The notes: generated from the sequence alone by a model not told the origin. A stretch of DNA of 64,000 bases from Guillardia theta CCMP2712 (GCF_000315625.1 NW_005434655.1:884259-948258); one strand, 5' to 3'. Positions 20,061 through 36,887 are shown, counted from the first letter of the stretch. A program made the numbers and translations.

Positions 20061-20254
20061 ATGCGATTCGGAGGGAGGAGGGAGGGAGGGGGGGGGGGGA
20101 TGGAGAAGTAGGTGAGGGGGAAGAAGAGGAAGGGAAGGAGAAGGACTCATAGTTGAAGAGGGAGGGATGAAGACAGAAAATAAAATTTTTGATGCTTCAA
20201 ATTCAATGGTGACTTCAAGGTCGATACCCTCCCACGAACGTCCAGGAGGTGGTG

Positions 20255-21711
20255 GGGGCGAGAGGGAATTCGTATTTCTACAAGACAAGTCAGCCAACGG
20301 TGTTGACAAGTGCCAAGTCAGACCAGCTTCTCCCTCGGAGAGAATTTCTTGATTTGAGTTTGCAACCCTGTGAGCTGCTGGCTGTACGTCTGAGGAGGAG
20401 GAGGCACGACAATAGTCCTGCCAGGAGCATCAGCATTTTCCTCCGCTTGCCCCTGCTCCTTCACGTACCTCTCTCGTACTACCGGTTGGCTCTCGGGCGC
20501 CTGAACGGCTCCTCTGTCTTTTTGTTTCTCAACTTTCATGTGACTGACTTCCCGTCTTGCTGTTGACAGGTGAAGTCACTTGCTGGACCCAGAAAGAGAT
20601 GTTCACCATGCGGCAGGTCAGGACGGAAAGGAAAAACTTTTTCCGTCGCCAATCTGCTTTCAAACTTCAGGTCTTCAACTCTTGATATCAAATTGCTGCA
20701 CGTGTTGGCAAGTGAAGTTTCAGCCTTCTTGGACCTCGTAAGAACTGCACGCCTACGTCAGTTCCTCTCACTCAACCTGCTCTGAGCTTGCCTGTCCTGT
20801 CGGGAAAGAAAGTCGCCGACCTCTCCTGTACGTCCAAACGATGAGCAGAGGACGCGAGATGTAGCAGGAAGGTTGAGGAAGGAGACAGATAGAGGAGAGA
20901 TATGGATTGAGGAGAGGCATGGCAATCAACAAAGGTGCAATGGAGGAGGAGGAGGAGGATGCAGAGGCGGGGGGGGGAGGACGAGAAGGAGGAAGAGAAC
21001 GACACTTCGTCGAGCTTGAGAGGTTCATTTCCATGTAGTCGCTTCCTCCCGAAGACCCCTCCCATCTGCACGGAGCTTCAACCACGTGGCATAGCAGGAG
21101 CTGTAAACCTTTACGCTCGAGTAGTCCACCATCTGCCCCTCCTCGTCGTACAGCAGCGGGGGTTTGTAGCCTGTGAAATTCGCAAGGGAGGGTAAGAGGA
21201 GCAGCGCAAGCACGAGAAGCAGGAGGGGGAGGGCAGGGGGAGGGAGATGAGAGGTGGTGAAGGTTATGAGGAGAATACCGATGGCTCCTGGAAACGCTTC
21301 TGTGTTGGTCGACCGCTTGTTTTGGAAGATCTTCAACCCTCCTGCATGGCAAGGCATCAGCACAGCAACGGATGTACATCAGCCTTGTCACCAGGCTTGA
21401 ACTGGTCGCGGACCGTGAGGTCAGCAGGCCAGATGTCAACGTGGCGATCGATCCTGACAGCCGAACCCGTAAGACTTGATCTGATACCCCTGTGCTCAAC
21501 TTTTCTGGCTTCCCGACGATCTTCACACCAGAGTTCGACGATCGTTTTGATAGCTGCAATGTACGTCAGACTAGAGCATGCCGCGAGGAGCGCAGAGAAC
21601 GCTCGTCCTATGCTCGCTCGCTTTCTTCCTACCTCTGGATATTCGCGTCGCCTCGGCTCCCAAACTCCCCCATCGTTTGGGTTGAATTTCTATGGGAGAT
21701 GACATGTCAAA

Positions 21712-21754
<43 letters not shown>

Positions 21755-22509
21755 AAGAAGCAGGAGAAGCAGGAGGAGAAGATGATGATGAGGAACTCGG
21801 TGCGCACGTACAACATTCGGAGCGAGGACTTTTCTTCCTCCCGGCGGGCGGATCCTGTTGAGAGAAGGTAAGGAGACAAAGAGGGTGGAGGGGTTGGACC
21901 TGTCCTCTCCACTTATCAAATGCTCGGGGACTTGAAGGCCGCCGACGGGGATCTCTTTCTATACGCGAGAAGTCAGTTTGACAAGGCTGGTCAACGGAGC
22001 TTGTCAGGACCGTTGTCTGCACCAGGTGGTGGTCAAAGTGCCGCATCTGCTTCTTAACGACAAGCTGAGTCGACGCCTGATGGTTCTGTCGGTCCAGCAT
22101 CAGCCTCTGCCCTTTCGACCTCGCGCCCCACCTTGTACAGATCTGAGAACTCAGTCGTGTATGGGGAGACCTTCGGTTGGTCGACCTGCAAAGAGAGACG
22201 ATGAGGAGCAGGATACAGCTGGAGACGGTGAAGGGTAGGTGTTTAGGAAATGGGAGAATGAGGATGAGAAGGAGGAGGAGGAGGAGGAGAAGGAGGAGGA
22301 GGAGGAGGAGCAGGGAAATGAGAGCAATGGTTTAGGCGTTGGGTAATGTGGAGGGTAAGAAAGGAATAGCGTGCCTGCAAGCCAGTCCCGAGCATGTCTG
22401 GAGGCTTACACGTCCTCGTCTTAGTTTGGAGACGCCAGTTGGGTCGACCATCGCTGAAGGGATTCTCTGAGGAGAGCGGATCTCCTACCCCAGGGCGGAA
22501 GGAAGCCAT
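20255..22509 (-). CDS. Hypothetical multi-exon protein
   Basis: Chain of coding-like minus-strand segments separated by pyrimidine/microsatellite introns; no family recognised. Confidence 0.4.
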
Positions 22510-22937
22510 GGAGTTGAACGAGAATGGAGGAGAGAAGGAGAGAAGGAGAGAAGGAGGGAAGGAGAGAAGGACCAGAAAGTGAGATGAGGGACAAGATGCG
22601 CAAGGAAAAGAGGACGGAGAACCCGCAGGAGAGACAGGTAGAAGAGAGCGTCTGAGAGAGGGTTTGGGCAGTTCCAGTTGTGGTCCAATGGGAGGAGGGA
22701 AAAAAGGGGTGGAGGTGTCAGATGAAGGAGATCAAGGCGGTAGAGGGCAGTCGAGCAGGAGGGAGGGGAAGGAGGAGACAGGAGGAGGAGGAGGAGGAGG
22801 AGGAGGAGGAGGAGGAGGAGGAGAAGCCATCCTGTATTGTGTCGACAAGCATGTTCAACCTCTCACGCCATGGTCAACGGTCGGGCTGTTGAGGCGGGCC
22901 TGTAAGATTTTTATCATTGCCGGGCCAGGCCGGGCCA

Positions 22938-25820
<2,883 letters not shown>

Positions 25821-26493
25821 ATCATGGCGACCCCCGTTGAAGGGGCTGGTGAGTGGTCGGGGACGAGAGGGCGAGAACGAGTGGGAGCATGGGGAGGGGA
25901 CGGGAGGGAGGAAAATGAGGGAGCAGAAATTGGCGGCGGCGGCGGCGGCGACAGTGGTGGAGGAGGACCAAAGGCCGATGAATATTTTGCAGCTGCGCGG
26001 TAAGTCCGACTTGATTTTCTGGTCAGAGACAGACTCCGTGTCCAAGGAGGAGGATCAGGTCTGTCTCTTCCCCCTCTCCCCCTCTCCCCCCCTCTCCTCC
26101 ACTAGCAGCTTGTCCTCCCCCTCTCCCTCTCTGCCCCTCTCCCCCTCTCTCCTCCACTAGCAGCTTGTGCTGCGTCTTCCCCTTCGTTCGCCAGCCCCTC
26201 AGTGTTTGTCTCCCCTCCTGCTGCTTCTACTTCCCCCTCCTTATCGGCTTCTCGCAGGATCCTTTCCCCATTCTCAACATGCAGGACTACGTCGCCACCG
26301 ACATCTTCCGCTCCTACCAGCCGCTGCAGAGGAATCTTGTCCTACCTGCCCTTGCAGTAGACTGAGAGTGTCGCAGAGTGTTTGAAGCCGGGCAAGCGGC
26401 GGAGGCGATGCTGAAGTCGACGATTTGACGAGACGAGATCTGACTAGCATGACATTGCAAACAAGAAGCGGATGAGGGGCTTTGATTGTGTTT

Positions 26494-28797
26494 TCACTGA
26501 TATTGGTCATACTCTTTGAAATCATCCATCGTGGCCTTCTTCTTCTTCTTCTCTTGCAGCTGTAAAACAACATCTCTCACGCATGTAACCAGCACAACCT
26601 GCACTTCACACACCAGAGCGTACTCGTCAAACACTGGAACTTTCGTGCCGATCTTGTCGTCTACACCAGGCGTCACATGTCACGGAACGGTGTCAAGAGC
26701 AGGAACCTTTTCCTGTGTAGACCCTGACGAACTTGGGGCGACTTTCTCGCGCTTGAGCTCGTTCCTGAGGAGGCAGCAGCATGAGAGCACGCGACGTTTA
26801 CCCTCTTGCTTCACCCTCTCCTTGCGGATCTCTTCCTTCCTAATTCTCCGCATCTCCTCGTCGTCCTGAGGGGCCGTCAGACTTTAGCGGCAACGACGAG
26901 GCTGTGCTCGCCTTCCTGCCTTCCAGCGCGAGATCGAACGGGAGAGCATTCAGTCGCTCGTTCCCCAGCTTGACGGCAGCTGAGGGAACGAGGAGGTCAA
27001 GAGCGTCAAACGCTGTGACAGCTAACATGTCAGACCTGATCGTCCTTCCTGGGAACTTTCTTTTGCTTGACCAGACGAGATTTTCTTGTTGGTTTTTTTT
27101 TCCCCATTCTTCTGCAAGGGAGGAGATGAGGAGGATTGCAATCAGAATGAGCTGTTACCTTGGGTTTGCTGGATGGTAGTTTTTCCTCTTCCTTTAGCTT
27201 GACACTCTCCACTCGGCCCTGAGCTTGATCGGGCTCTCTCCACTCCAACTCCTTCTCCACTAGATCCACATCACTGAGAAAGTCTTCGCGGCTCGACGGC
27301 AAGTCAGCTGGAGGAGTCTTTGGAGCCTTTTCCTCTTGAGCCGTTTTCCCTAACGCAACTTCCTTAGCTTCCTCCAAAGTTCTCATGAAATTCTCTCGTG
27401 CAATTTCTCGCTGGGCATCAGTCAGCATGAGACGTCTGAGATGTCACAAAACTCGAACACCTTCTTCATCTTCTCAGCATCCTTCTTCGCCTTCTCCTTC
27501 CTGCAGGCAGCCGTCAACTCGGCTACCAAGAGTTCTTCCCTCCTACATCATCGTCTCCTTTGACTTAGGCGGAGGTTTGCTGTCAATACGTCAGCGCGAG
27601 AAGCCATGGACGCTAAGAGCCGACCATGGCATCCCGATGTCTCGCAGGTTCGACAGACTGGCAGGCAGATGAACGCGTTTGATGCCCGTGTCCGGCTCGA
27701 AGAACCTCTCGTCCACTTCAGGCTTGTCCACCTACCACCAACACCATATGAGCAAACCAGGCGAAGAAAGTCAAGACGCAAAAATGCCTTCATCCTCCTT
27801 CTCTCTCTCCCTCTCTCATCCCTCCATTTCCCTCCTTCTCTCGTCTTCTCCTCTCGTCTTGTCCTCACACCTTTTTCCAGAACTCGATCTCGGCAGAGGG
27901 AGTGCTGCTGGAAGACAGGACGTCGTCGAAGTGTCTTCGCCTCGCACGATCCTTCACTTGCTCGAACGGATCCTCAAGGCCCTTCCGCTGCATCTCTTCC
28001 TCCTCTCTGCATCATAAGATTCACAACACACAGCAGACGTTAACATTTTGCTTGTGCCTGAAATGCTCACAGTAGCACAAAATCTTTCCGCAAGATTCAC
28101 AGGGCTTTCCTTTAATCTCCTCGAGGTCTCCCTGTAGCCACCAGTCGTTCCGCTTCCCTTCCTCATGCAGAGCCTTCGACTGAGCCTGTAGCTGAATCTC
28201 CTTGGCTCTCTCAACTCTCCTGAACATGCACACGTCAAACTCCACTCTCGATCCCAACAATCTTCACCGAAATCCCTTCACTTCCTCCACTGCCATGCTC
28301 GCCTGCTTCATGATCTTCGCTTCTTGGGCGACGGTCTTGAAGTCAGGGTTGTCAAAGACAGGTATTCCGATCTCATGCAGCCTCGTGAAGTTGTGACTGT
28401 GAATCCCCAGCCCCGTGGACTCGCCTTCACTCGAGCGCGACAACAACGGAGCCTCATCCTCATCCGCCCCCCCCGAGCTTGTGCTGGGAGCATCAAGGCT
28501 CTCATCAGGTGTTGCTATGCTCGACTCCTCCTCGTGACCGCCAGCGATGCGGAGGAGCATCGGGATCGAAGCCTTGCAAGGAGCCCATGATTGGTCCCCG
28601 ACGCGAGGCCGAGGAGCTATCACACGCGTACTCTCGATGCTTCTCCTCCACGTGTCAACCAGGAGGCTCCCACCCTTGATCCTCATCGACGTCTCTAGCA
28701 TCAGGCCGACGCTCTTGTCTCCTGCTCCACACACCATGACGGTCACGACTATCGCCATCAGCTGCTTCAGCCCATGCGCCCCCTGCATGCCCGACAA
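26494..28797 (-). CDS. Hypothetical charged/coiled-coil protein with N-terminal signal-like peptide, multi-exon
   Basis: ORFs 28264-28797, 28021-28260, 27030-27428 and 26494-26676 are coding-like and separated by short introns; no family recognised. Confidence 0.45.
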
Positions 28798-29093
28798 GAA
28801 TTTGCGCGAGCTCTCCCCGGTGCCCCGGCGGACTCATCGGGGCCCAGGCCGAGGGAGACTGAGATACTACTGAGTGACTGAGTGACGTGAGAGTGACATT
28901 GGGGTAGGTTTCTCAGCAGCGGCTGCCCCCTAACCATGGCGACTGGCGGCGAGACAAGAGCGGAGGGAAGATAGAGGAGGCCTGAAGAACCATCAGACCA
29001 TCAACCAGTAGCCTCTCGAACCTCCTCTTCCCCCTGTCCTCCTCTGCTCCCTCCTGCTCTCTCTCGTTACATCACTGTTTGATATCGATCACA

Positions 29094-30104
29094 ATGGATC
29101 CAAAGAAGTTGAAGTTCCTGGTGCAGGAGCTTGTTTCACACGAGATGCTTCCTTTGAAGAGAAAGATTTCAGAGCTTGAGTCGACGGTAAGCTCCTTGAG
29201 AGAAGGCCTGAACTCTTCTATCGCATCCGGTGTGGAGCAAGGAAATATTATGAAAGCCGACGAGCAAGCGAGTGAAATGGAACGCTTGGACGAACCGCAC
29301 GAAGAAATCACGAGCAACTTGTCACAAGTTATAGATCCTAAGGGAAATCTCATCAATCTCTGCACCCGGAACTCTCTTGAGATGCCCGTATTCAAAACGA
29401 CTCGTGCAGGGCCTGACCATGAGCCTCAGTTTTCCTGCACTGTGACCATAGGGCAACAAACCTTTTATGGGTCTCAGCAGCCTACGAAGAAGTTGGCAGA
29501 GAAAGAAGCGAGCAAGCAGGCAGTAGAGGGCCTGTTTGAAGCTGGCAGCGGCATCGTGCGAAGTCCCTTGGTCAACAGCCGTCTAGTTGAAGAATCGGCG
29601 AAATCTCAAACTCAGACTTGTCCTATCACCAGCTGTCGACCTCAAAACCAACCCGTGCGAGAAAATGTGAGAGAGACAGACTTTATCAATCAAGGTTGGA
29701 TGCTGCAGGTGCTGGTAGACGCAGACAACAGTGCGAATATCCTTCCGCACATCAGCAACTGGATCAAGAGCAAGCCTAGGAAGCTGGGTGGCAGAATCTC
29801 CATCGACGTGTTCTGCAATAGACATTTCTCTGGGCTCAAACCCGAAAATTTCACTTTTCATTTCGCTTCAGGAATGCGAGAAGCTGCTGATCATGAGATG
29901 TCTTTTTTCGCCGGGAAGCGCCTCTATCAGTGGAAGGACTCCAAGGTGGTAGTGCTTGTAATCTCCAAGGACTCAGCGATCGAGAACACGGTTGAGATGC
30001 TGAAAAGAGAAGAAATACTTGCTCTCTTCGAATCACCCTGTCAGATTTCATCTCAGGATGGAGTTGAGTCGATCTTCCGAAATTTGTGTGATACCGTGAC
30101 CTGA
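29094..30104 (+). CDS. Intronless protein: N-terminal coiled coil + double-stranded RNA-binding domain + NYN/PIN-like nuclease domain
   Basis: dsRBD: DPKGNLINLC...GPDHEPQFSCTVTIG...TKKLAEKEASKQAVEGL. NYN-like acidic motifs: VLVDADN, EAADHEM, VISKDS. Confidence 0.75.
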   Translation: MDPKKLKFLVQELVSHEMLPLKRKISELESTVSSLREGLNSSIASGVEQGNIMKADEQASEMERLDEPHEEITSNLSQVIDPKGNLINLCTRNSLEMPVFKTTRAGPDHEPQFSCTVTIGQQTFYGSQQPTKKLAEKEASKQAVEGLFEAGSGIVRSPLVNSRLVEESAKSQTQTCPITSCRPQNQPVRENVRETDFINQGWMLQVLVDADNSANILPHISNWIKSKPRKLGGRISIDVFCNRHFSGLKPENFTFHFASGMREAADHEMSFFAGKRLYQWKDSKVVVLVISKDSAIENTVEMLKREEILALFESPCQISSQDGVESIFRNLCDTVT

Positions 30105-30276
30105 ACTTGAGGCTGTCAACAAGAAGCAAGGGCCAAATAGGGATGGAAATCACAAATATTATTGCTTAAACAATTTATTGAAAAATATCTACAAATCAAA
30201 CCACTGATTTTAACTTTAGGACAGCGTTTGGAATTAAGTTTACGTATGAACTTGAGATGAGAAAAAGAAGCAACAT

Positions 30277-30849
30277 TCAATTTGTTGATTGGATTTGAAC
30301 AAAATTATCTGCATCATCCAGCACAACACTGGCTTCCGAAGTATAGAGCAGACAAGCCTTGTTGGGATCAAAGTTGTGCAGTTTCGAAATCTCGTCCTCT
30401 ACGTGAGCGGGGTGGGAACCAAACATATCTCCCGACGATCGCGAGTGCTTCATGCCCGATCCTGAGCATTCACAATGCCCCCTTGAATTCAAGTTCTGAT
30501 GTGACTTTGACTTCTTCAACTCATCAGAAGGGCAGTCATGGAGAGAAAGGAGCTCTAGTTTGATCCCGTCAATAGCCTTGGGGGTCGCTCGTTTGCTTTT
30601 GAAGGAGTCACTTGACACGGTATGATCAGATGCAGCAGATGATGCCCTTTCCATTGTCTGTGTCAACTTTGTTTCTTCCAGACTTAACCTCGGTCTCGTT
30701 CTTCCCTGGCTCATCAGCCATCTTGCAGCCTTCTGACTGCCACAGCAATTGCGAAGCTCTTCGAAAAAGTAAACATCTGCAATGCGTGCACGCGCAGCTG
30801 ACATTCCTGTTCCACTCATTGTTGCACTGTTCTGCACGCTATCATGCAA
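30277..30849 (-). CDS. Hypothetical 190-aa intronless protein
   Basis: Single ATG-initiated ORF convergent with the dsRBD gene; no family recognised. Confidence 0.45.
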   Translation of the reverse strand: MHDSVQNSATMSGTGMSAARARIADVYFFEELRNCCGSQKAARWLMSQGRTRPRLSLEETKLTQTMERASSAASDHTVSSDSFKSKRATPKAIDGIKLELLSLHDCPSDELKKSKSHQNLNSRGHCECSGSGMKHSRSSGDMFGSHPAHVEDEISKLHNFDPNKACLLYTSEASVVLDDADNFVQIQSTN

Positions 30850-32372
30850 GTTTTCCGATAAGAATTAGGATTGTTCTTGTAAGGTGACTCAAGCACACGC
30901 TTCACCAAGCATACGCTTCACTGGCCTCAGGTGTACTTTCTCGTCCTCTCTTGGTCCTGAAGCAACAGACACTTACTGTCCGCTGTACAGGCTTCGAATG
31001 AACACGTTGGGTAGACCCCCTTTCTTCTCCTCCTTTCCTACCCCTCACTGGGCTACCCTGTCTTGATAGTTTGCTCTACGCTGCTACTGTTGCTCAGAAC
31101 CTCTTCAGTAGCATGGAGGGGAACGCCGCGACAGTCAAACCGTATGGATAAAAGTGCTTACACACTGGCTTACACAATGAATTCCGAAACGACGTACTTT
31201 CAGATCATACAGTCAATTAGGTTTTAGAATGGTACATTTTCCAAAGTTACAGATACAAGATGGCCTGTCTAAAATATATTTCGAATCTGTATATTATTAG
31301 TTGTTTTATACAAAATACTTTTTTGCACGATTCCAAATTTGAAATCATCCTCTATATTTTGAATTTTTTCAAGAAATATCCTGTTAAAAAAGTTTGTTTA
31401 CGAGGCTTTCTTTCAACTCAATTGATCACTAGACTTGCTGACATAAATTCGAAGGCTTGCAACCCCTTCACTACCTGGTGGTAGGGTACTTCCTGTGGAT
31501 TCACCACGGTAGGTGGTGTCATCGGATGCTTGTCATCAAACCGTTACATTTTCCGTTGCAGCAATGATTCAAGTCCCGGATCACTGCTCGGCAATGTCAT
31601 AATTGCACTTCAAGAGTCTCTTCCTGCTCTTTAGACGATGGACTCGGGACTCTTCAAGACCTTCCAGGCTTGACAGCCCTACATCTGGCGGCACTCTACT
31701 GCTGGGGGCACCTGGACTCGCCCGGCCGACGGACGGTGCGCGGCCGCGGGCCGCATCATGGCATCAGGCCCGCCGCCCGCGGCGGGCCGGGCTGGGCCCA
31801 CGCGGGGCCAGTAGTGTACGCCTGAGTCACCGGACGACTTCGCTAGGGCCGCACGGTGACCCCGCCCCCGCGACCGTACCCGCCGGGCCCCGGCGTCAGC
31901 CGTGAGGCTCATCAGTGCCGCCGGCGGTGACCCGGCTACCCGGCGGAGGCACTGCAGTGAACTTGGAAAGTTCCTCGGAAGCCGCTGAGCCTCCGGCCTG
32001 CCACGGTTCGCCGCGAGGCTGAGTCTTTCCAGGTTTGACCCTGACGGCTGCTTTCGCACTGGCCAGGCCACACGGCGAGAAGAGAAAAGACAGCGAGAAC
32101 CAACGGCCCTTACTAATGATTCGGCCCACTGCTGTCCCCCAGACATGTGTGGGGATAGTGCCGGGCCCGGGACGACGAGCCCGGCGTGCTGAGTCCGATC
32201 AGTAGAGGATCATTGATGACGGAGGACGGCAGTCCGCTTTTGCCGTGCCATGCTGCCTCACAGTGATGATGGACTCGGGAAGTGAGAGCGGATCTTCACG
32301 CTTCCCTTGTCGCTGTTCCCTCGCTCTCGCCGTCACCACCAAAATGAAAGTGGTGAGTAGGCGCATTTCCCC

Positions 32373-35300
32373 TTATTTACACGCCATTTCAAAAAAGCCC
32401 TGACACCGTCGCCGGCACAGCCCACAAAGGTAGCCTGGCTGAGATCATTTGTAGTATCAGAGAGGACTGGGTGAGGATAATAGGAAGGGCCTGTCAAAGC
32501 TGCTCAATCATCTAAAGGTGCAGGCAAGGACAAGTTACTTGATCTCTTGGGGAGGGAGGGGACAAGTTCCCGCAGGAAGAACGTCTGTCGGTACAAACTC
32601 GGAAGACTGTAACAAGACCGAGTGTCATACCCATCTTTCCTCCCTCACAGACTCGTTGGAGACCTGATTGCTCATGCGGCAGCTCATCCAAGAGGTGAAG
32701 AGTTTGAGCTTCTCGGGTGAAAAGTTTGTCTCAGACAGGTAGAACTTGGGTCCGACCCACCTGATAGCAAGAGCATCGTGGTTTGAGACAGAAGAAACAA
32801 AGCATCCTCCGTGGGATGAAAGAAGGAAAAGCATGGAGAAAGCGGGAGGAGGGAATAAAACAAAGGAGATGAAGGAGAGGTAGAGGAAGGGACGATAGAG
32901 GACGAGGAGGTAGAGAAAGGGCAGGTAGAGGAAGGGCAGGTAGAGTACGGGGAGGTAGAGCAAGGGACGATAGAGGACGAGGAGGTAGAGAAAGGGCAGG
33001 TAGAGCGAGGGCAGGTAGAGGAAGGGCAGGTAGAGGAAGGGGGGGTAGAGGAAGGGACGATAGAGGACGAGGAGGTAGGGAAAGGGCAGGTAGAGTACGG
33101 GGAGGTAGAGCAAGGGGCGATAGAGTACGGGGAGGTAGAGTACGGGGAGGTAGAGGAAGGGACGATAGAGGACGAGGAGGTAGCGGAAAGGGAGGCAGAG
33201 GAAGGGGAGGTAGAGGAAGGGGCGATAGAGTACGGGGAGGCAGAGGAAGGGGAGGTAGAGGAAGGGGAGGTAGAGCAAGGGGCGATAGAGTACGGGGAGG
33301 CAGAGGAAGGGGAGGTAGAGGAAGGGGAGGCAGAGGAAGGGGAGGTAGAGCAAGGGGAGGCAGAGGAAGGGGAGGTAGAGCAAGGGGCGATAGAGTACGG
33401 GGAGGTAGAGGAAGGGGAGGCAGAGGAAGGGGAGGTAGAGGAAGGGGAGGCAGAGGAAGGGGAGGTAGAGCAAGGGGCGATAGAGTACGGGGAGGTAGAG
33501 GAAGAAGGGAACACATTCGTAGACGTCAAGGTGAAGCAGAGGCACGGAATCTTCACCAGTTACTTGAAGACTCAAAGTGAAACCAAACTCGCTCCCACAC
33601 CTGAGCACCACCATTATCATCTCCACATTACAAGGCTCTTCCGACATCTGAACCTGAAAAACTATCTTCCTGCCGATTCCGATGGACGCCAGTCGTTCGC
33701 ACTCAGCCCTCAACTCAGCTGGAAGGAACTCGTGCAGGCGATGCTGTTGCACAGAAGCATCGGTCTGGTCTGCTTCGCCCTCGTCCTCGTCATCGTCGAA
33801 AAAGTCGTGCTGACCTCCACCTAGCCCCCAGCTGCTCTTCGATCCTGGCATGACACAAGGAAAGTTGACCCCCAGGATGCTTCTTATCCTCAGCTGAGGG
33901 AATCTAAAGCGTTAAGTTTCAGTCTGAGAGAGAGAACGGGAGGAAGGAGCACGAGATGAGTGGAGCGGGAGCTGTAGTTTGATGTCATGGTGTTGTTTGG
34001 ATCAGCATCAACATGTAGTTTGATGTCATGGTGTTGTTAGGATCAGCATCAACATGTAGTTTGATGTCATGGTGTCGTCAGCATCTATAGTTGGGAGGAA
34101 AGCAAGGCTCGAACATGAGACCTTTGGAAGTAGTTGAGGAGGCTGATGCCGACGTCTCCCATCGTTCCATTCACCATCCCAGGCATCCAGTCCATGAGGT
34201 GTGCTTGCGGCATCCTCGACATGTCCATCATCACCATCGCATTCCAAATGTACCTGTCTTGTCTTGTCTCAGATGTCTATGGTAGGAGGAGATGGAGAAG
34301 GAGCAGGATGAGGAGAAGATGGAGATGGAGAAGGATGAGGAGAAGATGGAGGAGGAGAAGATGGAGGAGGAGGAGGAGGAGGAGATGGAGATGGATATGG
34401 AGGAGGAGATGGATATGGAGGAGCAGATGGAGGAGGAGGGGGAGAAAAGCTGCATTCGAACCTTGCAGTACACGGTGGACCCTCAGGCTTGTGATATCCA
34501 ACATGGAAAGGAGGAGTTGATGGAGAACAAGCGTGCGGTTTATCTTGAAGGATGCCGGCCATGTCATACCTGGAGGGGTTGAGAGAAAGCGGCGAAGCAA
34601 GTCTATTGAAACCCTCGGATGTAGTCGAGGACGGAGAAATGTCCTGTGAGGAAGAAGTCGTTGTCGAGGAGAAGTACGACCTCGTTCTTCCAGTACTTAA
34701 GCACAAGCTCTTTCATGATCCAATTCACAGTCTCGGCACATCGTATCGCTGCGGGAAGGATGCAGGGCAGTGCAAGGTCCATCAACATCTAACGTGAGAA
34801 CGAATGATCAGAGTCAGGTCTACCGCACCTGCATCGTAGGGCACATGATGTATGGCTCCTGTTCGAAACTCCAGGACGTGATGCTGTCTGCGGAGCCCCT
34901 CACACAGTGTGTGAATCTTGTTTCTGACGGATGCAGTTGGCCCGTCGTTAACCACGACATAAATGAAATCGTCCAAGAGGAAAGAGGTCAATGATTCATG
35001 CTATCACGAACAACATCGTCATCATCTTCATCTTCCAATCCCCCCCACTCTCTCCCCGTCTCTCTCTCCCTCGGGAGTCCGTCTCCATCCCTCTCTCTCG
35101 CTCTCTCTTGCTCGCTTGCTCGCTTGCTCGGTCTCGGTCTCGGTCTCAGTCTCGGTCTCGGTTTCGGTCTCGGTCTGACTCCCTTTTCCTCCCGCTTGCT
35201 TGTTCAATCGCTCACTGCCTCTCTCCTTCTCTCCCTCCCTCCCTCTCCCTCTCCCTCGCTCTCCCTCCTTCCCCCCGCCCCCCACTCTCACCTGCATTTT

Positions 35301-36887
35301 CACAAAGTCGACTCTGTTAGAGGCGAGAGTCACAACGACGATCTTAGACTTGATATGATGGTCGCGGGGGGGAACAGACAAGGAGGAAGTCAGGTCCTGC
35401 ACATGAGAGCAAACCCTCTCCTCCAACTTCTGAACCAAGCTTGGGTTGTTCATCCACTCTACTGCATCCTCCCTCTCCGGCGCTCTTGCATCATCACCTC
35501 TGCGAGTCTTGAACTCCAGTAGTTCAACATCGACTATCAGCTTCCTCCGCTTTCCGATCCAACCTGAGCTCTCCAAGCACAGATACTCCTTCTCCGACCC
35601 TTGCCAGCAGCCGTAGGAGGCATGATACAACCAGATGGAGCACTTGAAGTTGGCGCAACAGTGCCGCTCACATTCAACCTCGTTGAGAATGAACTGGTTC
35701 TTGTCGTTGAAGATCTCTTCTTCCAGGTTCTTGCATTGCACATCCTGCATCTCAACCTCGTAGAAGCAGTTTGTCACCGTCTCTTGCACCGGAAGCCCAA
35801 GTGCTCTCGCATCCCTTCTGAAGGAGGAGAAGCCCATCCCTGCGCTAGCCAGCACCCGCACAAACGAGGGGATGCGAGGGTTTTCGATCTCAACGAGGAA
35901 CATGTAGACGACAGACGTCTGGTGCGGCACTGAGCTGTCATGCAAGATTCCTTTCCGTACAAGGAAGAAGCCGTCTTGCTCGATCAAGTAGTGCGATGCG
36001 GGTTGGAGGAGGGCATACCCGATGTTCCAGGTGATCAGGAGAGCAAGCCTGTCGTTCAGCTCCAAGTCTTGCACGTCTCTCATCATTGCCGTGACATGCG
36101 TCATGTGCTTCTTGGTTGTTCCAACCATAGTCGAACTTGCGAGCACAAACAGCTGAATCGTTGGAGTCTTCTCGTCTTCCATGGCACCACACGCAGCAAA
36201 GAAAGGCTCGGCTGCCCCAGTCTCAACATCTCGCACGGGCAGGCTTGCTGCTATTTGCGACATCCTGGTCAGCAGGTCTGGCACGTACAAGAAGGATATC
36301 TTGCTGCATTCACCAAACCCCTCATGTGCTCCTTTTGCCCTGCACTCAACAAGGAACTCATGTCTTCCTGGTCGAATATCATGGATGGAAAACGTTCCTA
36401 CGCTCCTTTCGCCTAGCACAGCCTCGGCACTACACTGCCGCTCCTCGCAGATTCGAATCATCCACTCGCTGTCAAAGTGGGCGGTGATGGAGATGTAGAG
36501 ATCGTCGCGCGAATAGACGCTATCTCCTTCAATCGGCCATGAAACCTCGACGAGGTGAGAAGACGACTGGGGAAACATACCCGAAACAGTCATGTTGTCT
36601 TGGAGGACTTGGCCCGAATACCTTTCTGCCCCGAAACACGAAAAGGGATATTTGGCGTGACCTGGTCTGAAGTATGTGAAAGCATAACACCTAATTTCTT
36701 CGTGATTGTAAAATTTACAAGCTCGCAGACAGTCCCCTGCATTCAACGTCATTCCAAGAAAGATGTCTTGTTTTACTCCTGCGATTGCCAGGCCAGGCCT
36801 GATCGTCCAAGGATTTGCACATGGGAACAGGAGGAGGAGGACAAGGACGCGACAGTATCTCATCGCCATCTTCAGTTGCGCTTGCAT
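32373..36887 (-). CDS. Secreted or Golgi protein with PAN/apple-like Cys modules and a GT-A-fold glycosyltransferase domain, multi-exon
   Basis: Signal peptide; CLRAC..CYAFTY and CERHCC..CSIWLY..GCW modules; then IVVVTLASNRVDFVKMQ | FIYVVVNDG | VVLLLDNDFF (DxD) | YIWNAMVMMD..GDVG. The 3' end is approximate. Confidence 0.6.
32876..33505. repeat. 15-bp purine-rich minisatellite (GTAGAGGAAGGGGAG variants), probably intronic
   Basis: About 40 variant units; it generates low-complexity ORFs in several frames. Confidence 0.9.

Noticed and set aside
32859-33824. Plus-strand acidic (VEEGE)n ORF and minus-strand Pro/Ser/Leu-rich ORFs
   Set aside because: Products of a 15-bp minisatellite that most likely lies in an intron of the minus-strand glycosyltransferase gene.
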